Origin: a virus
Lineage: Duplodnaviria > Caudoviricetes
Direction: 5' to 3' (one strand)
Virus record (IMG/VR): IMGVR_UViG_3300037067_012088
Location: 64,001-128,000 of that record
Length of the DNA: 64,000 nucleotides
Position numbers and translations under genes: made by a program
The notes under the pieces: generated by a model
Told to the model about the DNA's origin: nothing
Databases searched by the model: none
Seen by the model: only the letters and a program-made list of their open reading frames with translations
Part shown: one piece after another, positions 54,611 to 63,438 of the stretch
How the letters are laid out: every line of letters begins with the position of its first letter
Numbering within the stretch: position 1 is the stretch's first letter

Positions 54611-54985
54611 TCATTCGGAGTGAGGTGAATTGCCTACTGCCGCCAAAGCCTCCTTCAGCGTCATGTTGGGACCATCGCCCCGCGAGAACGTGACAGGCTT
54701 GTCCGCCGACTTGAACATGGGCACGTTAGCCGTGTAGCCGCCCAGATAGAGCTTGAGCCACTGCGTTGCGCGAGTAGGGGACATGCGCCAGCCCGGTTGA
54801 TGCCCGCGAGCCCATCGGCCATTCAAGCCTTCCGCGAGCCAGCTTGCACGGTCCTTCCAGCCGTCCGGATTCTCGCGCTCAAGGGCCAGCACCATGCCCT
54901 TACCATATCGCGCGAGCGAACAGGAATAGCGCACCCCATCATGAGTGCCGGAATAGGAGAGGGGGATAAGGTCGGGGTTTCTCAT
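54611..54985 (-). CDS. hypothetical protein
   Basis: ATGA overlap. Confidence 0.6.
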   Translation of the reverse strand: MRNPDLIPLSYSGTHDGVRYSCSLARYGKGMVLALERENPDGWKDRASWLAEGLNGRWARGHQPGWRMSPTRATQWLKLYLGGYTANVPMFKSADKPVTFSRGDGPNMTLKEALAAVGNSPHSE

Positions 54986-55512
54986 GTGGTCTTCCCCGTC
55001 ATCATGACGCCGAAAGCGCTCCCGTTGCCGCCGTTGACATGCTCCCGGCGATTGGAGTCAAGGGGACGCAAGACAATCGGCATCCCGCCCTCGCGTATCT
55101 CAATCTCCATCAGCCCACCGCCGAGAGCGCGCATCAGGGTCTCTAGATTCTTGGCGCTGACGACGATCTTAATCGGCGTGCCATCGCGCGGAATCACTTG
55201 CTCCACATTGGGTGCGGCGGGCTGCTTGTCGGGGCGCGGAAAGGAGGCTCCATTGGCGCACACATAACGGTCGCCGCAATCGACTTGTAACGGCGCACTG
55301 GCGGGAGTGGCCTTTCGCGCGTTAGACATGGCTTCAAGCGAGATGATACCGTCGCGGTCATCGGTGCCGCGCTCACAGGGGAACACGCCCATGATTTGAC
55401 CGTTTAGCGCGATGACGGTTGAGCCGGACAAGAAGGGCGCTTCCCACTGGGGGCGGCGCGCATCAGGGTCGGCAACGAGCAGTTCAGGCTTGAATGATTT
55501 GGAGAGCTTCAT
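54982..55512 (-). CDS. truncated DNA polymerase III beta-clamp-like protein
   Basis: RP..ALNGQI..PNVEQVIP..SAKNL..P..GVMM resembles clamp middle/C-terminal motifs. Confidence 0.5.
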   Translation of the reverse strand: MKLSKSFKPELLVADPDARRPQWEAPFLSGSTVIALNGQIMGVFPCERGTDDRDGIISLEAMSNARKATPASAPLQVDCGDRYVCANGASFPRPDKQPAAPNVEQVIPRDGTPIKIVVSAKNLETLMRALGGGLMEIEIREGGMPIVLRPLDSNRREHVNGGNGSAFGVMMTGKTT

Positions 55513-55542
55513 CGGATTACTCTAATGGGTTGATTGCCGTTG

Positions 55543-55857
55543 TCACGAAGAATCGGGTCGCCAAAGCACGAAATGCTTGGTCACGAAACGCGAGAGCTTG
55601 GTCTGAATCTGCTTAACGGTGAAGCCCTCTACGATGACAAGAAACTGAAGGGTATAGTGACTGTCCCACTCGACAATCTCAAGACCCGTCTCCTTCTTCG
55701 CGCGGTTCAGGAATTCGTCATAGCCCGGTCCCGTCCAATAGGCTTGCACCATGTCGTTAGGTTCGTGTTCGGCGGGATCGAACATGGGAGATGACGGTTT
55801 GAGACTAAGGGTGCTGTCTCCTACGTCAAACCATGCTTTCCAGAGTGAGGCTTTCAT
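55543..55857 (-). CDS. hypothetical protein
   Basis: Start uncertain. Confidence 0.5.
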   Translation of the reverse strand: MKASLWKAWFDVGDSTLSLKPSSPMFDPAEHEPNDMVQAYWTGPGYDEFLNRAKKETGLEIVEWDSHYTLQFLVIVEGFTVKQIQTKLSRFVTKHFVLWRPDSS

Positions 55858-55955
55858 GTCAGGCAAGAAAGCACCCACGCGCCCAAGACGGCGAGCGTCA
55901 CGGCGAGCAGGAGGAGGTTAGGGTCACGGGTTTTCACTGCCCATATCCTACACCC

Positions 55956-56180
55956 TTAACTCGCCCTGTCAACACCAATTCGCTTCCGCCATCTCTTTTC
56001 TTGCGCCGCAATCACCTTCTCCATCTTGAGTATCGCTGCCTTGAACACGGGTAAAGCTGCCTCTTCCGGCGTCATATCGGGTATCTCAACCGGCGCGGGG
56101 AAGGTTAACGGAAACTGAGGGGAATCAGTGAGAGGAGAGCACACGCGGGGATTGTAGCGAATGGGTTGGTCCTCGTTCAC
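55956..56180 (-). CDS. hypothetical protein
   Basis: GTGA overlap. Confidence 0.5.
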   Translation of the reverse strand: MNEDQPIRYNPRVCSPLTDSPQFPLTFPAPVEIPDMTPEEAALPVFKAAILKMEKVIAAQEKRWRKRIGVDRAS

Positions 56181-56440
56181 GCGCGATGCTTGACAATCCA
56201 GCGCCGGTAGTTCGCCTCATAGACAGAAGGCTCGCCCTCGGTCTTGGCGAACGGCACGCCGTTCAAGTGAGCAAGGGCCGTGTCGAAGAAGTCGAGAGAG
56301 GCTTGACCCACAGAGAACGTGTCATGAGGGAATAGGGCGCGCAGCTCGCGGTAGCGCAGATCGAGGAAGAGGTCGAGCGCGATTGAGGGGTTATCGCGGA
56401 GCTTCTGAGAGCAGTTGATGAGATAGGCGGCGAGAGTCAT
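56177..56440 (-). CDS. hypothetical protein
   Basis: Start placed at MTLAAY. Confidence 0.6.
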   Translation of the reverse strand: MTLAAYLINCSQKLRDNPSIALDLFLDLRYRELRALFPHDTFSVGQASLDFFDTALAHLNGVPFAKTEGEPSVYEANYRRWIVKHRA

Positions 56441-56441
56441 G

Positions 56442-56768
56442 TTAATCGGGCTGATTCGCCGGAACACCCTCAACGAACGTCGCTTCGAGATGGTCGAGCA
56501 GCGCGGCCAGCGTGTCGTGCTGATAGATAGCCGGCCACCACTTGTTCTCAATCGCAACGTCGGACCTGTTGAACGTCCACTTACCATTGACATCCTGCAT
56601 CAGCGGATGCGAGTCTTGGATATCCCACGTGTGCCCGAAGTGGCGTCGTTCGGCTCCCGGAGCCGGACAATACCAGATGTCGAGGATGCGGTCTTTCTCG
56701 CCTCGGATGTTGAGGCGCGCCGGGTCTTTCGAGGCCACGAAACGAGCAGTTGAGGGGTAGGTGTTCAT
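56442..56768 (-). CDS. hypothetical protein
   Basis: ATGA overlap. Confidence 0.6.
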   Translation of the reverse strand: MNTYPSTARFVASKDPARLNIRGEKDRILDIWYCPAPGAERRHFGHTWDIQDSHPLMQDVNGKWTFNRSDVAIENKWWPAIYQHDTLAALLDHLEATFVEGVPANQPD

Positions 56769-57124
56769 GGGATAGTCGGCTTCACCAGTTCCCACACCGC
56801 GCGCAGGGTGGTCAGGGAATGGGTATTACGGTAGCTGTCGAACGCGCGTTTGATGTCGCGATACAGTGTCTCGGCAGCCTTCTCATCTTGCCACTCTTGC
56901 TCGGAGGCGTAGAGCTGACGATTGACGCAGAACTCGGTCTTCTCCCCCCACGTATCGAGATGGAATTGAATCTCATGATGTGGAGCCATCTCAGTTGAGC
57001 ACGAGAAATACTTGCGCCCCACTGAGCGCACGATGATCGGGGTAGCCTTTTGGGCGACGTTTCGCGCCGCGTTGCCCACGTTGACGGAATAGAGGGTTTG
57101 GCCGATGACGGGAGTGGGTTTCAT
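56765..57124 (-). CDS. small beta-barrel-like hypothetical protein
   Basis: IGQTLY..VRSVGRKYF. Confidence 0.65.
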   Translation of the reverse strand: MKPTPVIGQTLYSVNVGNAARNVAQKATPIIVRSVGRKYFSCSTEMAPHHEIQFHLDTWGEKTEFCVNRQLYASEQEWQDEKAAETLYRDIKRAFDSYRNTHSLTTLRAVWELVKPTIP

Positions 57125-57155
57125 GCGCATATCCTGTAGGGCTTGTCCTCTAGGG

Positions 57156-57371
57156 TCAAGACTCAATTTGACTCGCGAACAAAGTGTAAACCCAAAGCAA
57201 AGCCTCGTCATCCTGCGGTTCGTCGAAGGGGATTACCTCGTCTAGAGGGCAACCCAAATGGCCGGCATAGAGTTGGGCTAGATTCGTCAGCGTCTCAACC
57301 GGCTGTTTCCTTAGCCACGCAATCACGTTGGCGTTGCGGAGGGCGCGGGAGAGGGGAGCGGAAGGAGTCAT
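57156..57371 (-). CDS. hypothetical protein
   Basis: ATGA overlap. Confidence 0.55.
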   Translation of the reverse strand: MTPSAPLSRALRNANVIAWLRKQPVETLTNLAQLYAGHLGCPLDEVIPFDEPQDDEALLWVYTLFASQIES

Positions 57372-57766
57372 TTTGAGGGATACAGTTGACTCATGGCGTC
57401 TTCAACGGTTACGCCAATCAGTATCAAGTCAGACGCACGACCCTCATTCTTGGCGTCTCCACCGCCAATCAAAGCCGCGCCGCCTACGGCCGTTTGAGTC
57501 GTAGAACCATGCTTGTCCACGATAATCCGACAACCCCTGATTGATACAGTATACACACGGGGATGACGTAGAGCTTCCGAACGGCTTTCGGTAGACCCAA
57601 TGAACGGCCCTCCCACATAGACGATATACGGTTCGATGGCCACGACCCGTGCCGGGTCAATGGCATAGGAGTTGGCAGAAGACTTGATAAGACGCAGTTC
57701 GGCGGCCAGTGGGCTGGCTAACATTGCGCACAGGGCAATGGTCAGGATACGATATATGGTAATCAT
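57368..57766 (-). CDS. secreted hypothetical protein
   Basis: Signal peptide ending PLAA. Confidence 0.55.
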   Translation of the reverse strand: MITIYRILTIALCAMLASPLAAELRLIKSSANSYAIDPARVVAIEPYIVYVGGPFIGSTESRSEALRHPRVYTVSIRGCRIIVDKHGSTTQTAVGGAALIGGGDAKNEGRASDLILIGVTVEDAMSQLYPSK

Positions 57767-57773
57767 AAAGAGA

Positions 57774-57869
57774 TTAGTGGCTGGCGCACCTCGGCACAAA
57801 GCACTGTGTCAGCTGCCCGGTCTCGCGGTCGATGAACCGCCGGATGCCGAACACATCATGGCCGAAATC
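57774..57869 (-). pseudogene. orphan C-terminal gene fragment
   Basis: DFGHDVFGIRRFIDRETGQLTQCFVPRCASH directly preceded by in-frame TGA. Confidence 0.55.
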
Positions 57870-57930
57870 TCAATCTGGCCGTCGTCCGGATTGTCCATCG
57901 GGCCGCGCGACCAGTAGATGATGTAGGTAT

Positions 57931-58140
57931 TCACGGCTCCACCTCCGCCGTCGCCAGCGTGGCAATCACACCCATGCGGTGGGCTCCGTTAAGGAGTTGA
58001 CATGTCCGGAGAGCGTTCTCAAAGCTGAGGCCGTCAATCGTGAGGCTGCCCTCCTCGAAGACGATTTGGTAGCTTGGGTAGAAGAAGCCCGGCACCTTGT
58101 TCAGGGTATAGGGTTCGTGTTTGAGAAGGTTGGTATTCAT
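57931..58140 (-). CDS. hypothetical protein
   Basis: ATGA overlap. Confidence 0.6.
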   Translation of the reverse strand: MNTNLLKHEPYTLNKVPGFFYPSYQIVFEEGSLTIDGLSFENALRTCQLLNGAHRMGVIATLATAEVEP

Positions 58141-58361
58141 GACTTGGGTAGGGTTTCGCTCAACGCGGCAATGCGGGTCAGATGATACTGGAGGTCAGTC
58201 AACGCGGCTTGAGCGGACTGAAGGTGATGAGTGGAGAGGTGGGCGGGATTGCGGTCTGCGATTTCCTTGACCTCACTGGTCAGGTTCACGATCCGGCGCT
58301 GGATGGCGGAACGCTCCTGCTGGATAAGCCAGTTGACTACGTCGGGGTTGATGGGTTTCAT
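58137..58361 (-). CDS. hypothetical protein
   Basis: ATGA overlap. Confidence 0.55.
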   Translation of the reverse strand: MKPINPDVVNWLIQQERSAIQRRIVNLTSEVKEIADRNPAHLSTHHLQSAQAALTDLQYHLTRIAALSETLPKS

Positions 58362-58537
58362 GGAAGGGACGACATCAAAGAAGCGGTAAGGAGCGCGGCA
58401 ATGGAGCCTAGTATCCAGCAAGTCGCGTGTTGATAGGTAGGCACCCGGTCGCCCGGGGTCAGATAGCGCAACACGCCAGCGAAAACGCCGATGAATAGGC
58501 ACAGTCCGGCGATGAGATAGAGAGGGATGGGTTTCAT
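58358..58537 (-). CDS. small two-TM membrane protein
   Basis: Two hydrophobic segments. Confidence 0.55.
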   Translation of the reverse strand: MKPIPLYLIAGLCLFIGVFAGVLRYLTPGDRVPTYQHATCWILGSIAALLTASLMSSLP

Positions 58538-59031
58538 ATGGTGCAGAATAGGGGTCCGAGATGGCGGTGTCAATAGCGATAACGCTCGAAGTGACCGTCG
58601 AGGCGGTTGCCGTAGAAGTCGGTCAACGAAGGGCTCTCTTCGTCCAACCCGATAACGTCAGTCGGCGGGTCGGAGGGGATAAGCGACCGGATATGAGATG
58701 CCATTGCCCCCAGTGCGGGCGAAGTCGGCGCGAACCACACGGGCATTTCCCGTCTGACGATTCGCTCCCGGTATTTCACCCATCCACTCAATAGCGTTGA
58801 ATTGATACTGGTCAGTCCTCGGTGTCGGTGTATCGTTCATGGGTTGGTCTTGGGGTGGGTGGTCAGGCGTTTTTGAAGCACATCCATTCGGCAAATGTGT
58901 GGCCGCAATCGGAGCGGTCAAGGAAAAGGCGAAGGATTTCAAGGGTATTCGCCCCCGGCGTCTGTGTAGGTGTATTCATTGCGGCTAGATTGAGGAGCTT
59001 GATGGGTGGTGTCAACAGGAATCGAGCAAAA

Positions 59032-59601
59032 TCACGCCCCGTAATGCTTGACCACGTCAAGGGTGTCTGCGTCCGCCATCCTAGCGCTCATGCTGTCCGC
59101 AAGATGTAACAGCCACGCTAACCGCGACTTAGGTGCCACCGGACTTCCCCATTGTCTCATCCCGTGATGAGATAGAATGGCGTGAAGCACCTCTTCTTCG
59201 ATATCACGATAGGCCGGGAACCTATCCACGGCGCGCGACCAAAGGATGGCCGAACGCGAGATGTGGTGGATGAGGCGTTTGTGCGGTGTGCCAGTCCAAT
59301 TGCCGGGCGCGATTTCGGTGTAGTCGTCGAGTTTCCCCCAGTCGTGAGCGAGCCCTGCAAGATAGGTCTCTCGCTCGGACGGAACAGGTCGCCCGAATCC
59401 CTCAACCATGCGACGGTTCTCCAAACAGAGAGCTACTACCTCATAGGTGTGTTGGGCCAAACCGCCAGTCCCGTAATGGTGCTGATAGTGCTGGGAGGAA
59501 GCGGACCAGATGGGGAAACGCGGATCGTCGAGGACGAGAGAGGCGATGTCGGATACACCGATTTCAGCGGCGAGGGAGCGGAGGGATTGGAGGGGAGTCA
59601 T
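59032..59601 (-). CDS. HD-domain hydrolase (YhaM-like)
   Basis: HHYGTGGLAQHTYEV..HDWGK..ILSHHG..LHLAD. Confidence 0.85.
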   Translation of the reverse strand: MTPLQSLRSLAAEIGVSDIASLVLDDPRFPIWSASSQHYQHHYGTGGLAQHTYEVVALCLENRRMVEGFGRPVPSERETYLAGLAHDWGKLDDYTEIAPGNWTGTPHKRLIHHISRSAILWSRAVDRFPAYRDIEEEVLHAILSHHGMRQWGSPVAPKSRLAWLLHLADSMSARMADADTLDVVKHYGA

Positions 59602-60287
59602 AGATTGACTACTTGAATCTGACCGCGCACACGGTAATCCTCACCCACCACGCTTCCGTTCACGAACGTCACCCCGTTGACCACCTTGGTCTGGCAGCCT
59701 TCAGAGTGAAGGTGAGAGTAAGCGTGCAGGCGAAGTCCCTTCAGCCGCTCATCAATCGTCTTCCTCAACTCCTCGCACCCCTGATGCCGGTCGCGCCCGT
59801 TCTGCACATACTCGGCGGGGACTAAGTCGAGATGACCGTAAGCCGGACCGTGTGTGACAAGGATTTGGGTATCGGTAGGGATTAGGTCCCAGTGTTGCCT
59901 TATCGGCGCGCCCCGGTTTGCCATAAAATGCCAATTCATGAATTGGGGCGTCCAATTGGCCCCATACCATTTGAGACCGCCAATTATGATAGTCTTCTCA
60001 TGAAGGTAATGACAAGAGGGGGCATAATCCCTAACGAGATCGGCGAACTCGATAGGATTAGTCTCGGGAAATCTCTCATGGTTGCCACAAACGAAAACCT
60101 TTTCGAGATGAGATTGTGACTCGAACCATTCCAGAAACGATACCGCATCAGATCGGTCCCCTCGACGAGAGAAATCACCAGTATGGACTAGGATATCTCC
60201 CTGAGGAAGAGACAGTTGTGCATGTTTACCATGACTGCATCCTATCACTACTATACGAACGGGTTTATTGGGTTCTTGATTTATCAT
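59598..60287 (-). CDS. metallophosphoesterase
   Basis: HTGDFS..GNHE..LVTHGP..SHLH; first motif Asp replaced (GCSH). Confidence 0.85.
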   Translation of the reverse strand: MINQEPNKPVRIVVIGCSHGKHAQLSLPQGDILVHTGDFSRRGDRSDAVSFLEWFESQSHLEKVFVCGNHERFPETNPIEFADLVRDYAPSCHYLHEKTIIIGGLKWYGANWTPQFMNWHFMANRGAPIRQHWDLIPTDTQILVTHGPAYGHLDLVPAEYVQNGRDRHQGCEELRKTIDERLKGLRLHAYSHLHSEGCQTKVVNGVTFVNGSVVGEDYRVRGQIQVVNL

Positions 60288-60837
60288 ATTGGGTAAGTCG
60301 GGCTATCCAATCATAGAATTGATCGGCCGTCAAGGTTCCTTTTGCGGCGTTGCAGGTTTTGCAACATGGAACGCAGTTCTCTAAAAGGTATCCCTTCTCG
60401 TTGTCAACTCTATCTATCCCGTTGACGGCTGTCTTATGTTTGTGTCGTGTAACGAAATGAGATGGAGGAATACCGCAATAATGACACGGTTTCAATATCA
60501 ATTCGGAAAACTGAACGAATGTTAGGGTAGAGCTAATTTCGCGACGATTGGCATTGTGGATGTGTCTCGTATATCGCACTCTAGCTATAGCCTCTTGTCC
60601 TGTCATGGGATGAAAACGGCCACCATTATGATGCACGCAACCACAGGATTTAATAACTCCACGACGGATATTCCGAGTCGCAGTAACGAACTTGGTTCCA
60701 CAGTCGCATTGACAGTGCCAAGCGGTTAGAGATCTGCCCGATGGTTCTTCACGGTTAGATGCTCTGCCGACTACGATGTAGTGGTCATATCTTGTTCCGG
60801 GAACCAATTCAATACGTTTACAAGAGTGTTTGCTCAT
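60265..60837 (-). CDS. HNH endonuclease
   Basis: CQCDCG, SCGC, CHYCG..GIDRVDN..NCVPCCKTCN. Confidence 0.8.
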   Translation of the reverse strand: MSKHSCKRIELVPGTRYDHYIVVGRASNREEPSGRSLTAWHCQCDCGTKFVTATRNIRRGVIKSCGCVHHNGGRFHPMTGQEAIARVRYTRHIHNANRREISSTLTFVQFSELILKPCHYCGIPPSHFVTRHKHKTAVNGIDRVDNEKGYLLENCVPCCKTCNAAKGTLTADQFYDWIARLTQYDKSRTQ

Positions 60838-61388
60838 GAGTTGTGGGATATTAATCGTTGAAACCAAATGCGAAGATCTGCCTCTGACTTATCGGACTTG
60901 GCGGAATTACATATTCGGCAACATGGAACACAATTCTCTGGATGATATCCCTTGGTATTATCCGCTCTATCCACTCCGTTAACCAGTTGGGAGTGCTTTT
61001 GTATTGTGACGTTAAGATTGGGAGGAGACCCACAATAAGAACAGTCGGAATACAGTAAGGACACGAATTGGTCATACGATAAATCCCATATGAGATTCCT
61101 ATGCTTCGCACTGTTTCGATAGTGATTAAAGCGCGCATTGGCTATGAAAGACCTGTCGTCAACCGGTTGGACCTTGTTAAAACATCCGCACGAGTTCCTT
61201 ATTCCCTTGGTTATCTGTCTTGTAGGCGTAATGAATTCCTTACCGCAGTCACAACGACATTTCCATGCGACCTCTGATTTTCCATATGAGGTGACATAGC
61301 CATAGAACCTCTCAATGAGAACATAATGATGATAACGTTGGCCGGTGGCAAAAGTGGTAGCGGGACGACGAGTTTGAGGAGTTGACAT
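60834..61388 (-). CDS. HNH endonuclease (tandem paralog)
   Basis: CRCDCG, SCGC, CSYCG..GVDRADN..NCVPCCRICN; CGGTGTAT at 61397-61404. Confidence 0.8.
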   Translation of the reverse strand: MSTPQTRRPATTFATGQRYHHYVLIERFYGYVTSYGKSEVAWKCRCDCGKEFITPTRQITKGIRNSCGCFNKVQPVDDRSFIANARFNHYRNSAKHRNLIWDLSYDQFVSLLYSDCSYCGSPPNLNVTIQKHSQLVNGVDRADNTKGYHPENCVPCCRICNSAKSDKSEADLRIWFQRLISHNS

Positions 61389-61463
61389 CCCCATAGATAC
61401 ACCGAAACCCAGTCGCATTTCTCATGAATCTAGCTCTCCCCCAAGATTGTTAGGCTTATGTGC

Positions 61464-61961
61464 CTATCGTAACCGAAACGCCGCCCGCGTCAAGACCTTT
61501 TGGGAATCGGCAACCCGATTCTCGCCCACCTGCCGCGCCCACTTCGATTCCCTCAACTCCCGCGCCGCCGCCAAATAGTCGCGCTGGATGATGGCTTGCT
61601 TGAAACGCGCGAAACGGGAAAAACCAGTAGCCCCGGTATTGTATGCCAGCGAAACGAGGAGAACGCGCACCTCACTCGGCTGTTCGTCCCAGTTGGGTAT
61701 CTGGGTAAGGGCGGCGGCATAGGCTCGGCTGAAATCGGCTTGATAGAGTTGGGTAAGGCGGTCGAACGAGAGGTTGCGGTGGCGCGGCACTTCGGCGCGC
61801 GAAATGGAATGGCCCCAGCCGACAGCATACTTGCCTGTTTGGCCGTCACGATAAGGCTGCCACGAGAACCCTTCGCAGCCCTTTATCTCGCGGTCGTAGT
61901 CCGCTTGGGACTGCGCGCAAAGGGGGGAGAGGAGAAGGAGGAAGAAGAGGAGCGGTCTCAT
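61464..61961 (-). CDS. lysozyme (GH24-like endolysin) with signal peptide
   Basis: CEG..PYRD..GKYAVGWGH..AYNTG..SKWARQV..R; N-terminal poly-Leu ending LCA. Confidence 0.8.
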   Translation of the reverse strand: MRPLLFFLLLLSPLCAQSQADYDREIKGCEGFSWQPYRDGQTGKYAVGWGHSISRAEVPRHRNLSFDRLTQLYQADFSRAYAAALTQIPNWDEQPSEVRVLLVSLAYNTGATGFSRFARFKQAIIQRDYLAAARELRESKWARQVGENRVADSQKVLTRAAFRLR

Positions 61962-62245
61962 AGATACTCCAGCCTATACCCCCGAGTCCACTTGTCAACC
62001 TTGATTGGGAACACGGGGTCCTTGATGCGCCGGAAACGGGAGGCGGCGATAAAGGGCTCGTAAGACGTGGGACCGCCGCACGCGGGACTGCGCCGTCCAA
62101 TACGTTCTCCATGAGGGGCATAGACGATGAGGTTGATGAACCACCCGTCCGGCTCTTCCATGCACTCCTTTACGCGCCCAAAGATGGGAGAGTGGTTATC
62201 CTCGTGATCGGCTACCCAGTCGCCGGGGGCAAAGGGAGCAGTCAT
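61958..62245 (-). CDS. hypothetical protein
   Basis: ATGA overlap. Confidence 0.6.
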   Translation of the reverse strand: MTAPFAPGDWVADHEDNHSPIFGRVKECMEEPDGWFINLIVYAPHGERIGRRSPACGGPTSYEPFIAASRFRRIKDPVFPIKVDKWTRGYRLEYL

Positions 62246-62526
62246 GTCGTCGGAAGCGCCAACAGTTCGTCCGCCTCATGGTCAATCGCCATGATGTGGT
62301 CATAGTCACCCGAGAAGATGGCCTCCGCGATCTCCTGTTTCTGGCGCGCGTCGAGGGTGGAGGGCGAAGCACTCTTGATAGCCTTCCACAGGTTCAGATA
62401 GGCGCAGCACTCGGATTCGTTGATCTGGAAACGGGAGCGACCGGAAAGGAGGTTCACGAAATGACGGATATGGGCCTCGGCGAGAGCCTGAATCTGGTCG
62501 GGGGAAATAAAGCGTTCGGTGGTCAT
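62242..62526 (-). CDS. hypothetical protein
   Basis: ATGA overlap. Confidence 0.6.
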   Translation of the reverse strand: MTTERFISPDQIQALAEAHIRHFVNLLSGRSRFQINESECCAYLNLWKAIKSASPSTLDARQKQEIAEAIFSGDYDHIMAIDHEADELLALPTT

Positions 62527-62876
62527 GGCGTAGGTCCGAATACCTTGTCCACGGCCTTAGTCGCGCTATTGCACGCCTCGGTTTCATCGTCAGAATCAAG
62601 CGTCCATGCTCCATCGCCTGTGAATCCTTCGATAGCCTTAGCGTAGACCGTATACCAAAGCGCGGCTCTGGCTCCCTCAATCTCAGTGGGCGGCAATCCA
62701 CCTATCGGCTTGAATTCGGCAGGCACATTGACTACGATGCTGGGATTGGTATTGGCAGGACTAATGGAGGACGCGCGTCTGTTGACGGCACGATAGAGCC
62801 ACACAAAGAAGGAGTAAACGCCAATAAGGGCGAAGAGCCCGACGACGAAGTTGTCTGAATTGATGGTTAGGTTCAT
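62523..62876 (-). CDS. single-TM hypothetical protein
   Basis: N-terminal hydrophobic segment. Confidence 0.6.
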   Translation of the reverse strand: MNLTINSDNFVVGLFALIGVYSFFVWLYRAVNRRASSISPANTNPSIVVNVPAEFKPIGGLPPTEIEGARAALWYTVYAKAIEGFTGDGAWTLDSDDETEACNSATKAVDKVFGPTP

Positions 62877-63145
62877 AAGAAACTGGTTTGGTTCGCTGCA
62901 TCTTTCTTGCCCCGCTTCCTCAGTGGCTTCATCCCCTTGATCATGCGCTCAATCTCCGCAATCGTCTCATTCACGACCACCCGGTCGCGCCCGGTGAAGG
63001 TGACCATGGTGCCGAGGAGGCCAGCGAGATGAGGCTGGGCAGTGGGAGCTTGGATGGTGGCCCAACGGTTCACGCGAAAGGGGTTGATAAGCTCAACGGC
63101 TCCGGTGCCCTTATTGGTCAGCTTGAGAATCTTGGGGCAACTCAT
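62873..63145 (-). CDS. hypothetical protein (FlbD-like pattern)
   Basis: ILKLT..INP..T..G..VVVNET..EI. Confidence 0.55.
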   Translation of the reverse strand: MSCPKILKLTNKGTGAVELINPFRVNRWATIQAPTAQPHLAGLLGTMVTFTGRDRVVVNETIAEIERMIKGMKPLRKRGKKDAANQTSFL

Positions 63146-63438
63146 GGCTTGATTCCCAGTTGCTTCCGCGCCTTGGTCATATAGCGGGCCATCTCCCTGC
63201 TGGATAAGTCACCCCAATGGGAGAGTGCGAGGTCGAGGAGGCTGCCCGGGGACGCGGCTAGCAGGGCATTGCGGTCGGCGTAGAAGAGGTCACAGGCACG
63301 ATCATTGACGACCATCTGTTGAGCCGGGGATAGACGCTTGACCGGTTTGATTCGCTGTCTAATGGACTTCGCGTGCCCACCAATGACCAGACCCTTGTCG
63401 GTGCGCCGCTTGCCGGAGGAAGAGGATATGAAGCTCAC
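63142..63438 (-). CDS. hypothetical protein
   Basis: GTGA overlap. Confidence 0.55.
   Translation of the reverse strand: MSFISSSSGKRRTDKGLVIGGHAKSIRQRIKPVKRLSPAQQMVVNDRACDLFYADRNALLAASPGSLLDLALSHWGDLSSREMARYMTKARKQLGIKP

Noticed and set aside
40411-54614. CRISPR array or integron attC interpretation of the repeated boxes
   Set aside because: Boxes are 18 bp with variable cores, irregularly spaced by whole genes; no GTTRRRY cores, cas genes or integrase in the window
59553-59560. CGGTGTAT inside the HD hydrolase gene
   Set aside because: No upstream GGTAA-like element and no nearby downstream start; probably chance
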